From Lama guanicoe (lineage: Eukaryota): 64,000 nucleotides of DNA. Made by a program: the position numbers and the translations under genes. Where the stretch lies: assembly GCA_013239625.1 (NCBI GenBank), contig MU054100.1, forward strand, positions 96,580-160,579, given 5' to 3'. Below are positions 1 through 12,926 of the stretch, in pieces. Each line of letters begins with the position of its first letter. Positions within the stretch are counted from its first letter, which is position 1. The notes under the pieces were generated by a model that saw only the letters and a program-made list of their open reading frames with translations, was not told where the DNA came from and ran no database searches.

Positions 1-513
1 ATTTATTGACAATTATCTGGTATTCCTTTCTTTGTTGCAGTGACTCAGTTTGCTGCCCAGCTAGCATACAGCTTTCTACACAAGAGAGGTACCCCACAGT
101 GTGAGGCACTGGCCTGTGAGTTTATAAGGCACCGTTTATGAAGCTGTTGAAACTAGTTTACTGGCTCTCAGGAATGCTATAGAAGGTTTCCTTCTCCCTT
201 CCAGATATTGTGATTAAAAGACATGTAGCTACCATAGACTCTAAACTTATGATGCCTGGAGGATTTTAAATCATTTTGTGCAGCAGCTCATAGTCAGCAG
301 TGGTCTATTAACTCCAGTGCTACAGTTGAATGCTAAATGACAGTTTTGACAAGCAAACACTCTGTACATGTATGGACAGATAAATTGAAGCCATTTTGAA
401 GAACCTCCCTAATTCCCTTTCCATCATCATAGTCGGCAGTAGGTGCACAGAAGCAGGAGCTGTCAGGTGCCGAATAAGGCTCCTCTCACCTGAGCCTCAT
501 CTCATTTGGGTAC

Positions 514-981
514 TGTATTTCTAAAAATTTTCTGGGGAAACAAAACCATATAGATAGAGACAGAGAGGGAGAGAGAAGAAGATTGATTGATTATAAGGAA
601 TTGATTCACGTGATTATCAAGGCTGATGTGTGCCAAGATGTGCAGTCAGCAGAGGAGACCTGGAAGAGCTAATGGCGTAAATTTGAATCTGAATACCAGA
701 GGCTTGAGACCCAGGAAGGGCCAGAAAGAAACAACATTCTAGCTCAGGCAGTCAGGCAGGAGAAGTCCCCACTTACTCAGTCTTTCTGTTTTCAGAAAGG
801 CTTTCGACTGATTGGGTGAAGGCTGTTCACACCAGGGAGGGCAATCCGCTTTACTCTGTCTGCCAATACAGATTTCAGTCTCATCCAGGAACACCTTCAC
901 ATGCACACCCAGAACAGTATTTAACCATAGATCTGGGGACCCTGAGACCCAGTCAAGTTGACACATAAAATTAACCATAGC
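514..981 (-). mobile_element. ERVL MLT2-type solo LTR
   Basis: The minus strand reads ATGGTTAATTTTATGTGTCAACTTGACTGGG...GAGTAAAGCGGATTGCCCTCCC, the typical MLT2 LTR start. A GA-rich tract lies near the other end. Confidence 0.85.
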
Positions 982-3449
982 TCTGCCTTAAGCACAAGCT
1001 CTGGTGACTAGGAATTTGTGGATGTTATGACTTCCTTGCTCATTGCTCAGGCCATTCTGATATGCTCAGCTACTCCTTGACAACAAATAAACAAAACAAC
1101 AAAAAACAACCTGTCTACTTCAAGTTGACTCCCTCATAACTGGCGTAATAGATTCCTTGGCTCATGTTTACTGCTTTGTCTTTTCTATTTTTGTCTCCAG
1201 TGAATGGTTTTTATTATTATTCTTTTCATGCTCAGATTTGTGCACTGTTGTTTAGATCTGTTGCCTTTTCCAAAGAATTATAGATGTGAGGGTTGAAAGG
1301 GATCTCAGAAAATACCTAATGTGGTGACCGCACCATCATACCATCCTCTCCCTGGCCTTTCTGCATATTTTCTAGGTAAACATACTGGGTTCAACCTGAT
1401 CATATTTGAAATGTTTTTAAAGCCACAAGTTTCAAGTAAGAAATACTCAGATATTTAAAAGGGACTAAATTGGTCACTAAAATGTGATTCCATAAATAAG
1501 GCAACTTAAATATTGAAAGCCAAGTTCCATCATGACTCGTTACATGACCTTGGAGCTGGTATTCATCATTTTCTCCTCTCTCGCTCTTGAACTGAACCCA
1601 AAGTGCCTAACTTCTGTAGCACAGAAAATATTCTGTAGCAGTTGTACTGAACTAATCTGTTGTAGTCTTTATTTAAACATGTATAAATATACGATGAACT
1701 ATAAGAGCTATTGATTTTATTTCCTCTTTGTGCTACTGAAAGGTTGCATTTAGGTTTTTCAGATCAAGTGATCTCAGAAGGCAAAGTTACAAAGTAGTAA
1801 AATTATACTGCAACCATCAGCTACTTTATTTATCTATAGAAGGATTTTGGGGAACATCTTTTATTGAAAAACATTACAGCCTTATTAGACTTTAAAAAAT
1901 ATCTAAACTCGTGAGCTTAACTGGCTATGAAACCTTAGCATTACATATATTTTTAAGTTTGAATTATTATTATATCACAAGTTTTTCTCTATTCAGTATA
2001 GGAAATTGATTTGGCAACAGTGAATGATAGATATGCTTTAAACTTTCTCTATAGATTTGTTATATTTTTGAGCAATTGTTTTTACCATAAAACATGATAT
2101 TGTATGCAATCTTTTACACCTGTTCTCTCAGGCAATAAAGTATTGAACAGTGTTCTTTACAAGAGCATTGCTGTGTCCCACTGTTATGTGCGTGATGAAA
2201 AATATTTTATCTGCTTTATGGAATGAATAGGAGTAGATAAAGGTTGATTATGATTTCTCAGAAATCTGTTTCATGGATGAAATTGTTCCTCTACATTTTA
2301 TGTGCTAAGAGAAATCAAATAGGAACCTCACTCTTAGCATTTATAAACTGAATTCTATTTTAATTGCTTCTTTTTCCTACTTGCCCCTGTCATCTTGGAG
2401 CTTCTACACCAAAAAAAAGAAAAAAAATAGTTGACTATTCCAGCTAAAATATCCATACTGATTATTGCAATATCATTTAAACAGCTATGATGAACAACTT
2501 AACCTGGTGAGTTATTTCATAATTTACACAAGGCTATGAAAACTTAAAAGCTTGCCTGACCTCCTTCCTTCTTTCCTTGAATTATAATTGTATGGTGTAT
2601 GCTTCCATTTCATCTAATCTACGTTTTTAGTGACACAACTTGGTCCAGCAATTACAGGATAAGTGCGTATGTGTGTGTGTGTCTATCTGACTGTTGTTCA
2701 TGAGGACATTTCCATGTGGAAAGTGAAATTTCAAAATTTGTTACCAATTCTATGTGGGCTAGAGGGAGTAAGATGTCCGCAATGTGTAATTTGTCCTGCC
2801 TGAAAATCTAGAGATGGGAAATTTATAAGAATCTGTGAGAGGATATTTATAATCGAAGGCACATTCTGGAAAAAAGAAAAGTGAAATCAGCCAAGAAAAA
2901 ACATTCGTACTTATAATGCTGGGTAGTTGATTTGATACTAGAATATGGGAAAAGTAAGAGATGGTGAGACAAATGTACACGGGAAGAAAAATTGAAAGGG
3001 CTTTTGCATTGACTGAGGACAGTAGAGGACAACCAGGCCAGTGAGGACAGAGACAGCAGGGAATGTGCAGGAAAAGGATTCAGAGCTCTAGAAACCATAC
3101 TGGAAGTCGGTGTGGAGAATAAAGAGCAAGTACCTGGACCAGATAGGAAGTTCTTAATTGCAGTTCTCATCACTGACGAAAGAACTAAAGCCTTTTCATA
3201 ATTGGAATTTATAACCTTTCTTATAATTCATAAAACAATATGAAAACATCCCTCCTCCTGGTTCTTCACAGAGATGACTGCACCCAGCACGGCCTCATGG
3301 CTGGCCTGTTAGCATTTACTACGGGCATTAACCCAGCTGCCCGCAGCATCCTGTGGAACTGCTGTGGTTGCTTTTCTCTTCCTGACCCTCCAGGAACTGG
3401 CTCTGGACCCCAGCTTTCAGGACACACTTCTGGCTCTTTCAGGCACAAA

Positions 3450-5230
3450 AATTTATTAATTCATTCACTTATTTATATATTAATTAATAAAACAAATATT
3501 TAATGGGCACCTATTATGTCATAAGCACCAATTCTAGATTCTGGTATACAACACAAAGCAAAACAAAGATCTGTTACCTCTTGGAACTTTTTTAGGGTGA
3601 AGGGAATTCAGTTATCCACAAACTGAAGGTTTATGTCGGGTGGTGATAAGTTCTGGAGAAATATGAATCAGGACAGAGGGATAGTGAATGCAGGAGTTCG
3701 GTGAAGAAAATGGTTTAATTATAAGTATGTCAATCAGGGAAAGCTCTTGCTGAGAAAGTGATATTTGAGCAAAGATTTGGAGGGGGGTATAGAGTGAATG
3801 ATGTTTATATCTGGGAAATACTGAAGTCCAGAGATAGTAAAGAGCCTACTGCATTCAGGGAACAACAAAAGACTGAAATTTTAGCCAAAAAGCTAGGAGG
3901 ACAAAAGGGGGGAAGGAGGCCAGAATGTTGGAGAAGAGGAAGCTAATTGGGAAGAAACTTTTTTTTTAAATTGAAGTATAGTCAGTTTACAATGTTGTGT
4001 CAATTTCTAGTGTACAGCATAATGTGTCAGTCATATATATACATATGTATATTTGTTTTCATATTCTTTTTCATCATAGGTTACTACAATATAGTTCCCT
4101 GTGCTATACAGAATAAATTTGTTTTTTATCTATTTTATGTATAGTAGTTAATCTTTGCAAATCTCGAACTCCCAGTTTATCCCTTCCCACCCGCTTCCCT
4201 CGGGTAAGCCAGAAAAAGAAAGAAAGATACCATATGATATCACTCATATGTGGAGTCATTTAAAAAAAAAGTAAAAAGAAGACACTAGTGAACCTCTCTA
4301 CAAAACAGAAACAGACTCACAGACATAAACAAACTTATGAAGAGACTTTTGATTTTTATTCTGAGCAGGTTGGGCAGACATTGAAGTCCTCACGCAGAAA
4401 ACTGATAGGATCTGACTTACGTGTCTGTAGAGTGGTTAGTAATCTATAAGTGGGTGGATCCAAGCAAGGAGCCAATTAGGAGGCTACTGGAATGATGTGT
4501 GGAATGAGGGTGATGCTTTTGACCAAAACACTATGATTAGTCCAATCATAAGATTTTGAATATGCTTTGAAAGCAGAGTTGTAGGGGGTCTATAAAAGGA
4601 TTGGGTAAATGATAGCTTATCCTAGGATGACTGGAAGTAAAGCTTTGCAAGTTATGAGCATATAGCTGATATTTAAACCATGGAACTGGATGAGATCACC
4701 AAAGGATTCCAAGGACTGAGCCAAGGCTAAGAGATTAGGGAAGTGAGGAGTAACCAGAAAAGGAGACAGGAAAAGAGATCAGGGTACAGGAGGAATCCAG
4801 GAGAGGGTGGCGTCTTGGACACCAAGAGTAGGAAATATTTCAGGAGAAGGAGGGATTGACTGTGATAAGTATTGTTGAAAAAAAAAAGTAAGGTGGGTTG
4901 GAGAATTGTCCACAAGGTTTAACAATGTGGAGGTCATTGTTGATCTTGACAGGAACAGTTACATAAAGGTGTGGGGAGGGGTGCAAGAGCATGATGACAG
5001 TGGGTTCAAGAGATAGTTGGAGACAGTGACTGGGGAAAATGAAATAAAATTTTAAAAACTCGCAACAACTTTTGATGTGAAGGAAATAAAGAAGTGGGGT
5101 TTGTTCATTTATTTTGTTTGTTTCTAATATTGGCAACATAATAGCTGAAGAGATTGATTCAGTGGAAAGAGAAACTGGTGATAGACAAAGAGAAGAGAAC
5201 GGCTGGAAGAATGTCCTTAAAGGCAAGAAG
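3450..5230 (-). mobile_element. Degenerate L2 LINE, interrupted by a young L1
   Basis: Reverse-complement L2 3' end (attcattcac...aacaaatatttaatgggcacctattatg) followed by purine-rich L2-like body. Boundaries are approximate. Confidence 0.7.
3963..4338 (-). mobile_element. Young 5'-truncated L1 with a 5' inversion (twin priming)
   Basis: T-tail and L1 3' end in minus orientation up to 4207, then the upstream L1 segment in plus orientation (4208-4338). TSD gaagaaactttt (3951-3962) / gaagagactttt (4339-4350). Confidence 0.9.
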
Positions 5231-6479
5231 AGACGAGCTTTACTTCTGTATTCTTTTCTGTGTTAAAGAAAAAATGAAGTTATAACCATTAAAGAAGAGA
5301 GGAAAACAAAAACAATATATAAATAAATACAGTCCTTCCCCTTCAATTCCTCCAACCACAATTTCACTTCTCAAATAAACTCAAAAGAAACTTAGTGTGT
5401 ATCTGTCCAGAAGTATACGTACAAATATCCACACAGACACACAGAGAGACACTTTAAAAATATAGGTTTGTACTGTGTTACAACCTTTGCAATTTTGTTT
5501 AATATTAATAATACAAGTACATTTATGTATGATTATGTATGGAAGTTCCTCATTTGTTTTTTAAATTACATATAAGTTTTCTCTGATTATAAAAATTGAT
5601 GCATATTATCAGTAAGAAAAGATAATAAGGAAAAATTTCTATATCATACACAGCAAATACTTTTATTCTAAATTCACTTCCTAGAAAAAAATCTATTAAT
5701 ATTTTTATTGAAAAATGTTACATATAAATTTAACAGAAAAGAAACAAACATGAGAGATTTGCTGTAATTCAAATACTTTATTTTGATTTCAAGAAAGGAA
5801 TAATTTGTTCTCAAAAATTAATCTAAAGTTCAAAAGAAATTCAGAGAAACATTAATTAGTTGGAGTTATGATTTTAATTGTTTCTTAATGGCCATATGTT
5901 TATTTCCATTAATAATACTTAATCAACTGTATCTTAAAAATCAAATTATACTGCTGACATCTAAGCAGCAAACTAAATCTTCCTAAATTTTGAAAGTTAA
6001 TTAAATAATTCAAGAAATATCTATTAAGTACTGTGTGCTAGGCATTATGTTAGAAAATGTAGATGCAATCATTACAGCACAGGTAGAAGCCTTGCCTAAT
6101 GGAACTTACATTTACTTTAACAACAAGAAAAAAATTTCACATATAAATCTATTCATAGAAATAATAATATGGAAAGGTTAATTTAAAGACAAAATTCTTC
6201 TAAGTAATAAAATATTATTAAAAATAGTACATCGTGAGATAATTATTATACTAGTACCTTTTATAGATTAAATAAAAATGACAAATCACATGACTTTATA
6301 TTCTCAGTAAGTCCCCAGATCTCTGCAGTTTCTTCACTGGTATGTGTATGCTGTTTTTCCAGAACGTTCCGGTATACACTGTTAATTGCTTCAAGTCATA
6401 CCACATTTAGCTTGTTTCATCCATGAACCATGGCTCTTCATAGGATTTTTTTCTTTTCCTAAAGTTTTCTTTTTTGTTT

Positions 6480-7940
6480 GTTTGTTTATGTTATGCATTT
6501 TTCTTAACAACTGTGTATCTTAATTATACTTTCAGGATTTTGATTATTCAGTCCGTTTAATGGTGAATACTGCCTTCGTAAACACATATCCATGGGACTT
6601 TCTAGACCTGCTGTATGATTATAAAACTCAGATTTGAACTTAGATTTAATTCTACCTTGTTTTTCTTGGATTTATATTTCATTTTGCTTGGCTTACTTTT
6701 TGGGAGTCCTGAGGTGGTAAATTTTCTGAGATCTAATGTGTTCAAAAAGGATTTTATTTTCCCCTCAAACTGAAATGACAGTTTTATAGAGTATAGGAAT
6801 TTTGGCTTTGAAATGATTTTTCCCATGTGGTGAGTCAGAAGTCTTGTGCCAGTCAGACATGTATTGTATCAGTCTAGGATCAACCAGAAAAGCAGAATCT
6901 GTAGGAAATATGGATTTATTAAGGGACTTGGCTTACACAATTGTGGAAACTGGTTAGTCAGTCTCTGTAAGGTAGTATCTGATGCTGAAGCTTAAAGTCT
7001 ACAAGGTAGGCACCCAGGAAGAAGAAATCACAAGTAGCCTGGAACTCATGAGCCCTGTTTGAAAGATGAATTGAAACTCTGGTCTATCTCTCACCTTAGT
7101 TATAAGGTTATCTTGCAGAAGCTAGATGGGGTCTTGTTTTGTTTTGTTTTTGTCAGAATTAAACACACAACTTGGCCTAGGGGCCAGAAAAACTAAGAAG
7201 AGGATCCAGAGGGAGATAGAACAGTTGTAGGCTTAGCTACTGCTTCATGCCAAGGAAGCAAGTCAGCAGGTCAGTAACAATGTATATGAGCTACAAAATG
7301 CTACAGCTGCTTTTCCTCCTTTCAAATCCACGAAATATCTCCCTTATGCATCACTGTAGCCTGAATTGTACAAGTAAAAATTCTGGGGAAATGTACTAAA
7401 GTCTCTCAGAAACTAGCCAAGTTGACATGATACAAAACCATCACACGCCTTTTTAGGTAGCCTATTTTTGTGCCCTTTTATTCCCTTTTTTCCCAAACTT
7501 CTTACCAGAGTTTGCCAATGTGTTTATTATTACTATTATCTTCATTCTTATCCTCATCTATGTTATTTATTGTCAAAATAAGATATTGCTATATTGTATA
7601 TTTTCTCTGTAGTTAGTGGGCAGAATTTAAAAATTTACATGTCTCTGTAGTAAAGAATTCTGTTTTATGGTGTGTATAATTGCTTTTCTTTTTTTTTTCT
7701 TTTGTATCTTTAGACAGATAGATATCTTCCATCTCCATCTTCTACACCTTAATTTTTCTCTTGTTGTCTGTCTCTTTCTTTTCTCTTTGAATTAAAAAAT
7801 AGATATATTGTCCAGATCTCTGGTATGGTTTTCAGCCGTGTCTATTCTATTTTTAACATTTATTGACTATTTGTAAGTATCAATCATGCTAATTTTTTAA
7901 TTCAAATATTTTCTTATTTTCTGATTGCCCCTATTTTCCA
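6480..7940 (-). mobile_element. Old L1/HAL1-like ORF1 remnant, split by an MLT2-like LTR
   Basis: ORF 6602-6826 (KPKFLYSIKLSFQFEGKIKSFLNTLDLRKFTT) resembles the L1 ORF1p C-terminal motif PRILYPAKLSF.EGEIK.F....LREF.T. Confidence 0.7.
6865..7445 (-). mobile_element. ERVL MLT2-like solo LTR
   Basis: Termini tgtatcagtctaggatcaaccagaaaagcagaa ... ccaagttgacatgatacaaaaccatcaca. It shares motifs with the LTR at 514-981. Confidence 0.75.
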
Positions 7941-7995
7941 AAAGTGTCAGAAAGACATAGATGTGTAAGGAGATAGGAAGATAGGTAGGTAGATA

Positions 7996-8640
7996 TGTTG
8001 CCAGTAGTTGTAACCAGGTTCTTGTCCCGTCCCATAAAGAATTAGAGACAAGATGTGGAGGTTAAGTAAAGTGAAGATTTATTAAGGGATGGATAGTACA
8101 CTCAAGGGGATAGCGGACAGGCTCATGTGAGCAGCTGCCCCGAGTTTCTTTGGCAAGTTGGTTACATAGAGTGTAAAAATGAATGGGTGAAATATTCATT
8201 AGGATGGGAAGAGTCTGGGGCCATATTCCCTAATTTTCTGTCCCAACTCCACCTTCCCAAAGGGAGGAGGGATTTTTGTCCTTATTTAGTCTGGATTAGA
8301 AGTGTCATGGCGTTGGTGCATGATGAGTACTTCTAATCTTCGAGACTAATTTTATTTAAATGAGGGCATAATGAGCAAAAGGTCACATTCAGACACTGGA
8401 GATTTCCTGCCTTTTCCCACCTTTCTTTGTCAGCCTTCAGGCCACTTATCACCCCCAAAAGTGTGACCACTTATCAGCCCCAAGGTTCCTACTTTTCTTT
8501 CTCTGCCCAGGGACCCTTGATGCTTACATGATGTATGATTTCCTGCATTTGTTCTGTACCCCTCCTTTCTGCCCAGTTCCTGCCATTTGTCCTGAATCCC
8601 CCTTTCTCTACTCATATCTAGCTATCTGCCTGCTCTAATA
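7996..8640 (-). mobile_element. ERV1-type solo LTR, copy A (same family as 43094-43681)
   Basis: Termini tgtt...ctctaata, 4-bp flanks gata/cata and a minus-strand AATAAA near 8080. It shares long near-identical blocks with 43094-43681, e.g. caagttggttacatag.gtgtaaaaatgaatggg and tttttgtccttatttagtctggat. Confidence 0.85.
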
Positions 8641-10189
8641 CATAGGTAGGGTATGTAGGTGGGTAGATGAATGATAGATGGCACATAACAAAATTTTGAA
8701 GTACCAGCCTCTTAAAATAAGTAATGTAATGCCCTTTTAAATCTTTGAGAACAGGATTACCTTAAATTCCTTTCTGTAATCTGCATTATCTCTTCTCATC
8801 TTGGTTTCCCTCATATGTCTTGGGATTCTTCATTGTTCATTTATATTTGCTTTGAAGGACTAGTTTGAAATGTGGGCTTCTGCAGCAGCTTTACAAATTG
8901 GTGTACTCCCTTGGAAAGGAAGGATTGTTTTGGGATTAGTCCTTCTTTCAGGTTTAACAACACACAATTTCTTAACAGATGAAGAGTTCAAGTTGACTTT
9001 TTAGTCCTAATACCTTTGATGTTGGTACTCCCAGCAGACCTGTGAGAGGCTCCTTTTTCAGCCCTCCTAGCATAAACCACCTTCAGTCAAGGTAACTCCC
9101 AGAACCCCACTACGAGGGGCATGGGGAGGTGACCACAAGCAAGTGAAGAACAAAAGAGACACTGATCTTCCTAGGAATGTGTGTTGACAACTCAAGAATG
9201 AGAGGAAGCTCTGAATCAATATCAATTTCTACTTCATCCTGAATCCAAAGGTGGTATTCACTTACCTTTCGAAGACATGATGCTAGAATAGTGGTGAGAA
9301 TGCTCTGGATAAATCGCAGCATTATTTATTAGAGTGTGAAAATGGCAAGCTCAAATGTCAAATATGAAACATATTCCTAAAAAAATCCTACAGGCTTTCT
9401 CTCCTAGGAAGTCATGCAGGTATTTTCATAAAAGGTAAAGAACAATGGTCATAAAGCACTGAAAATGATTTTACTATTCTGTGGGCAGCTTGGACACTGT
9501 TAGGCATAAATTGGATTTATGTTGCACAAACATAATGAAATTTGTCTCAGAGTGAATTGTAGGATTAGCATGTATGTTAGGACTTATCATTCTTGACTTT
9601 GGTGTCCTTGTCAGTCAGAGGACACCAGAATCTGACCAGCAGGGATGTCCCTCTCTGGAGACTTTCTGATGAGGGAGGAAGTCTTAGAGCTCACTCACAG
9701 GAGCTGCTGTCACCTGCCAGCAGGAGGGAAGGATTCTTCTGGAAGGTAGGGGTGCAAATAGGGCAGTATTTCCTGTCTTACAAGCTCTTAATCATTCTAT
9801 CCTTGCTGTTTCATCTGATAAGCATTTGTGATGCACTGTAGGGGAAAGAGTAGAGGCTTCCCATAATCCTTTCCTCCAGGTGTTCAGTTAACACCCTCTT
9901 GTTTCTCTTACTTACCCCTAAGTAATTGACATTGCACACATCACATTTGCACAAACTCAAGCCACAGTCCCAGCTGCCATGGAGATGCCCCTGCTCTATC
10001 TGAGCTTCAAGCAGAAAAGATCACCAGGAGGAAGAGAGCGAGCCTTTTCAAACAGTGTGCGGTGATTCAGTGTGTGGTGGCTCTGAGTTTCCTGATCAAG
10101 TTCCAGACCAGCTTATTTTCTGCTTAAGCTTCTTTCATCTGTGAGTAGAGATCCAGCAGAACTGATTCTCTACTTTGAAGTTATATAGG

Positions 10190-10679
10190 TGTTGCAGGAA
10201 AATGGGATGCAAGGGGATGTTCATGTCCCAGGTCTTGGGCAAGTCCCTGGGATGTGCCCCACCAACTGAGGGTCCTTGGCTTTATGCAGAAAGGAATTCA
10301 AAAGAAAGCAAGTTTATTTGGAGAGATACACACTCCATAGGCAGTATGTGGGCCATCTCAAAAGACAAGAGGCCACGGGGTGTGGGGGTGTTTTGTTTTT
10401 ATGAGCTTGGCAATTGCATATGCTAACAAGTGGGAAGATTATTCCAACTATTTTGGAGAAAGGATGAGGATTACCAGGAATTGGGCCCTGCCCACCTTTT
10501 GGCGTCTTATGGTTAGTCTTAGGACTGCCATGGTGCCTGTGGGTGTGCCATTCGGCTGATACATTGTAGTGAGTGTATAATGAGGTTCAAGGCCCACTGG
10601 AAGTCAGATCCTCCACCATCTTGGGCAGGAGGTAAGGGGTCTTCAATGGCTGTGCCCTGCCCCCTTCCCTCTTGTCTCC
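10190..10679 (-). mobile_element. ERV1-type (MER4-group-like) solo LTR
   Basis: Begins tgttgcagg, has a perfect 4-bp TSD tagg (10186-10189 / 10680-10683) and a minus-strand AATAAA at about 10313-10318. Confidence 0.8.
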
Positions 10680-10849
10680 TAGGGGCTTTATAAGTGATGG
10701 AGTGCCTTTAGATATCACATGCCACATTTAAGAAGACCTACTTTAGATTTCATTCAGAATCATTACCAATATTTGATTTATCCTATCCCTAAATTGTCCA
10801 TTAGCACACATTAACACATAGTTGTCCAGTTACAAGTTTCAGACAAGCG

Positions 10850-12600
10850 TCTTCTTTTTTGTTTTTATGGTTTGTTTTATATATTTATATAATTAGTTTC
10901 CAAAATATAATTTGCCTTATGATTAAAAAGTTACATACATTGGAAAAAATTCCCTTGTTTTTCAGAATTCTGTAAAAAATAATATAATAAAAATCACCTG
11001 AGGAAACCACTATTTACATTTTAGTGACAAACTTCCAAACATCTTTTTATACATACATACATGGAAACTTACCTGCCTTTTTTCCTTCTTACTAGTTCCT
11101 ACTAGAGGTAGACCTTTCTAGGAGTCTTTTATTATGAATGCTGTTGACTAAAAAAAAAATGCACAACCTGTAAGCTGAGAATTATGTTTTATTTGGCAGA
11201 CTTTCTTATGACTCAAGTCTGGGAGGCAGCCTCTCACATAGCTCTGAGGGACTGCTCTGCAGAGGTAAAGGAGGTGCCAAGATATACAGGATTTTTTCCA
11301 ACAAAAACCAGTAGTTGGAACATCAAAAGATTACTGTTAATTAATGGAAAAACAGACATTTCAAGTTAATGAATTTAGCACTTTTCTATGGATGGGAAGG
11401 TGCAAGAGTCTGGGCTCAGTGAAATCATTCCTTTGATCAGCACCTTAATTCTCTAGGGCCAGTTTCTTGCTTTTCTCCATCCTGAATCCCCTCAAGGTGC
11501 ACAGTTTTAGGGCGGCTGCAGTGGCTGATGGTGTCAGGAGGCCAGCATCCTTTGTTTACTGATATGGCAGGCAACGTTATCTGTCCACATTACAAAGCTA
11601 ATGATTATATGAATGTTCCATTTTGTGGTAACAAATTTATTACTGACAGATGTGAATGTATTTCTCTGTTAGAAACAACATTCACTACAACTTTTGTGCA
11701 CTTTTAACTTTAGGACTTACCTCTAGAAGTGCTGAGTCAGAGAACATGTATCTTTAAAAATTTCTGTGTCTATTCTTTACCCCTTCAGCTAATAGTAGGT
11801 CTAGCCAAGATGTTTCGTATTTGTCAGTTCTAGTTGTTAAGTGATAACTTGTTTTTGTACCTGTATCTCTTTGATTGCTAGTAGTTCTTAGTCAAATATA
11901 TTCCTTTGTGAACATTGCTGCTCAAATTTCTTTGTCTATTTTTAGAATGGCCCTTTGTCTTTTTGTCTTTCCCTATAACTTGAAAGAGTTATTTGATATA
12001 ATATGAATGGGAAGGCTTTATTTGCACCGTATTTCAAAAATATATTCCCAACTTGATATTTGCTTTTAACTTCATTTATAGGACTTTTTAAAATGTGCTT
12101 TTAAAAATTATTGGGCAGGGTTCAGGAATTGATATTCTTAATTTTTTAAACATTTTTGGTGGAGTATCTATCACTCTTCAGTTTTTAAATTTGTTGTTAT
12201 AATTAGAGAAGTTCCTCTACCCAAGATTATGGGAATATCCATTTATACTTTCTTTTTCTGTTACATTAAAATGTTTAATTATTATGTTGTACTAGAATAC
12301 ATTTGGGTGAAAGATTGAGATAGAGATTGAATGTTTTATTTCCCAAGTAGCCAACCAGTTACCTCCAACCACTGTACAATTTGAAAACCTGCCTATCAAA
12401 ATTTCTTGTTAGGGTCTGTTTCTGAGCCCTATTTTCTTTCTTTGATCCACCTATTCACACACTAGTAATTCCACTGTTGTAATATTCCTAGTGTTGTAAT
12501 TTGTTTTAACGTCTACTAGGACAAATTGTTTGCATAGTACAATATTTTCAGAATTTTATATATTTGTTCTTCGTGTGCATTTTGAATCCTTTAGTAAATT
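10850..12600 (-). mobile_element. Fragments of old L1M 3' end and ORF2, interrupted by an LTR
   Basis: T-rich degenerate antisense L1 motifs, e.g. gggtctgtttctgagccctattttctttctttgatcc and ccagttacctccaaccac. Boundaries are approximate. Confidence 0.55.
11142..11589 (-). mobile_element. ERV1-type solo LTR (MER41-like family common in ungulates)
   Basis: TG...CA termini. The start tgttgactaaaaaaaaaatgcacaacc...gagaattatgttttatttggc...gcagcctctcacatagctctgagggactgctc matches a recalled ungulate LTR. Minus-strand AATAAA near 11190; TSD unclear. Confidence 0.8.
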
Positions 12601-12926
12601 TTTATTTTGATTTTTAACTTAATTTTGTGTGCATTCCATAGACTTTGATATCATGTCAGATTATTACTTGGGTTAAATTTACTACTTCAGAGGGTAAATC
12701 TGGTGGAAATAAATTGGCAGTTCAGCAAGATGTATATTATCGTAGGTATGTTAGAAGTTCTAGTGTTTGCATAGGCTGCCTTTGTGGAAAAAAAGATAGC
12801 TTAAATGGTGGCTTCAAATGAATCCTTAAAACTAAGAAGCAGTAGGACATGGTGAAGGTTAAATGATTTATCTTAACAGAATGCCAGTCTTCATTTCCAT
12901 GCTAAGAATAACCTCTGACACTTAGC

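Noticed and set aside
6602..6826. Domesticated L1 ORF1-like gene
   Set aside because: A short decayed fragment interrupted by an LTR, with no extended reading frame.
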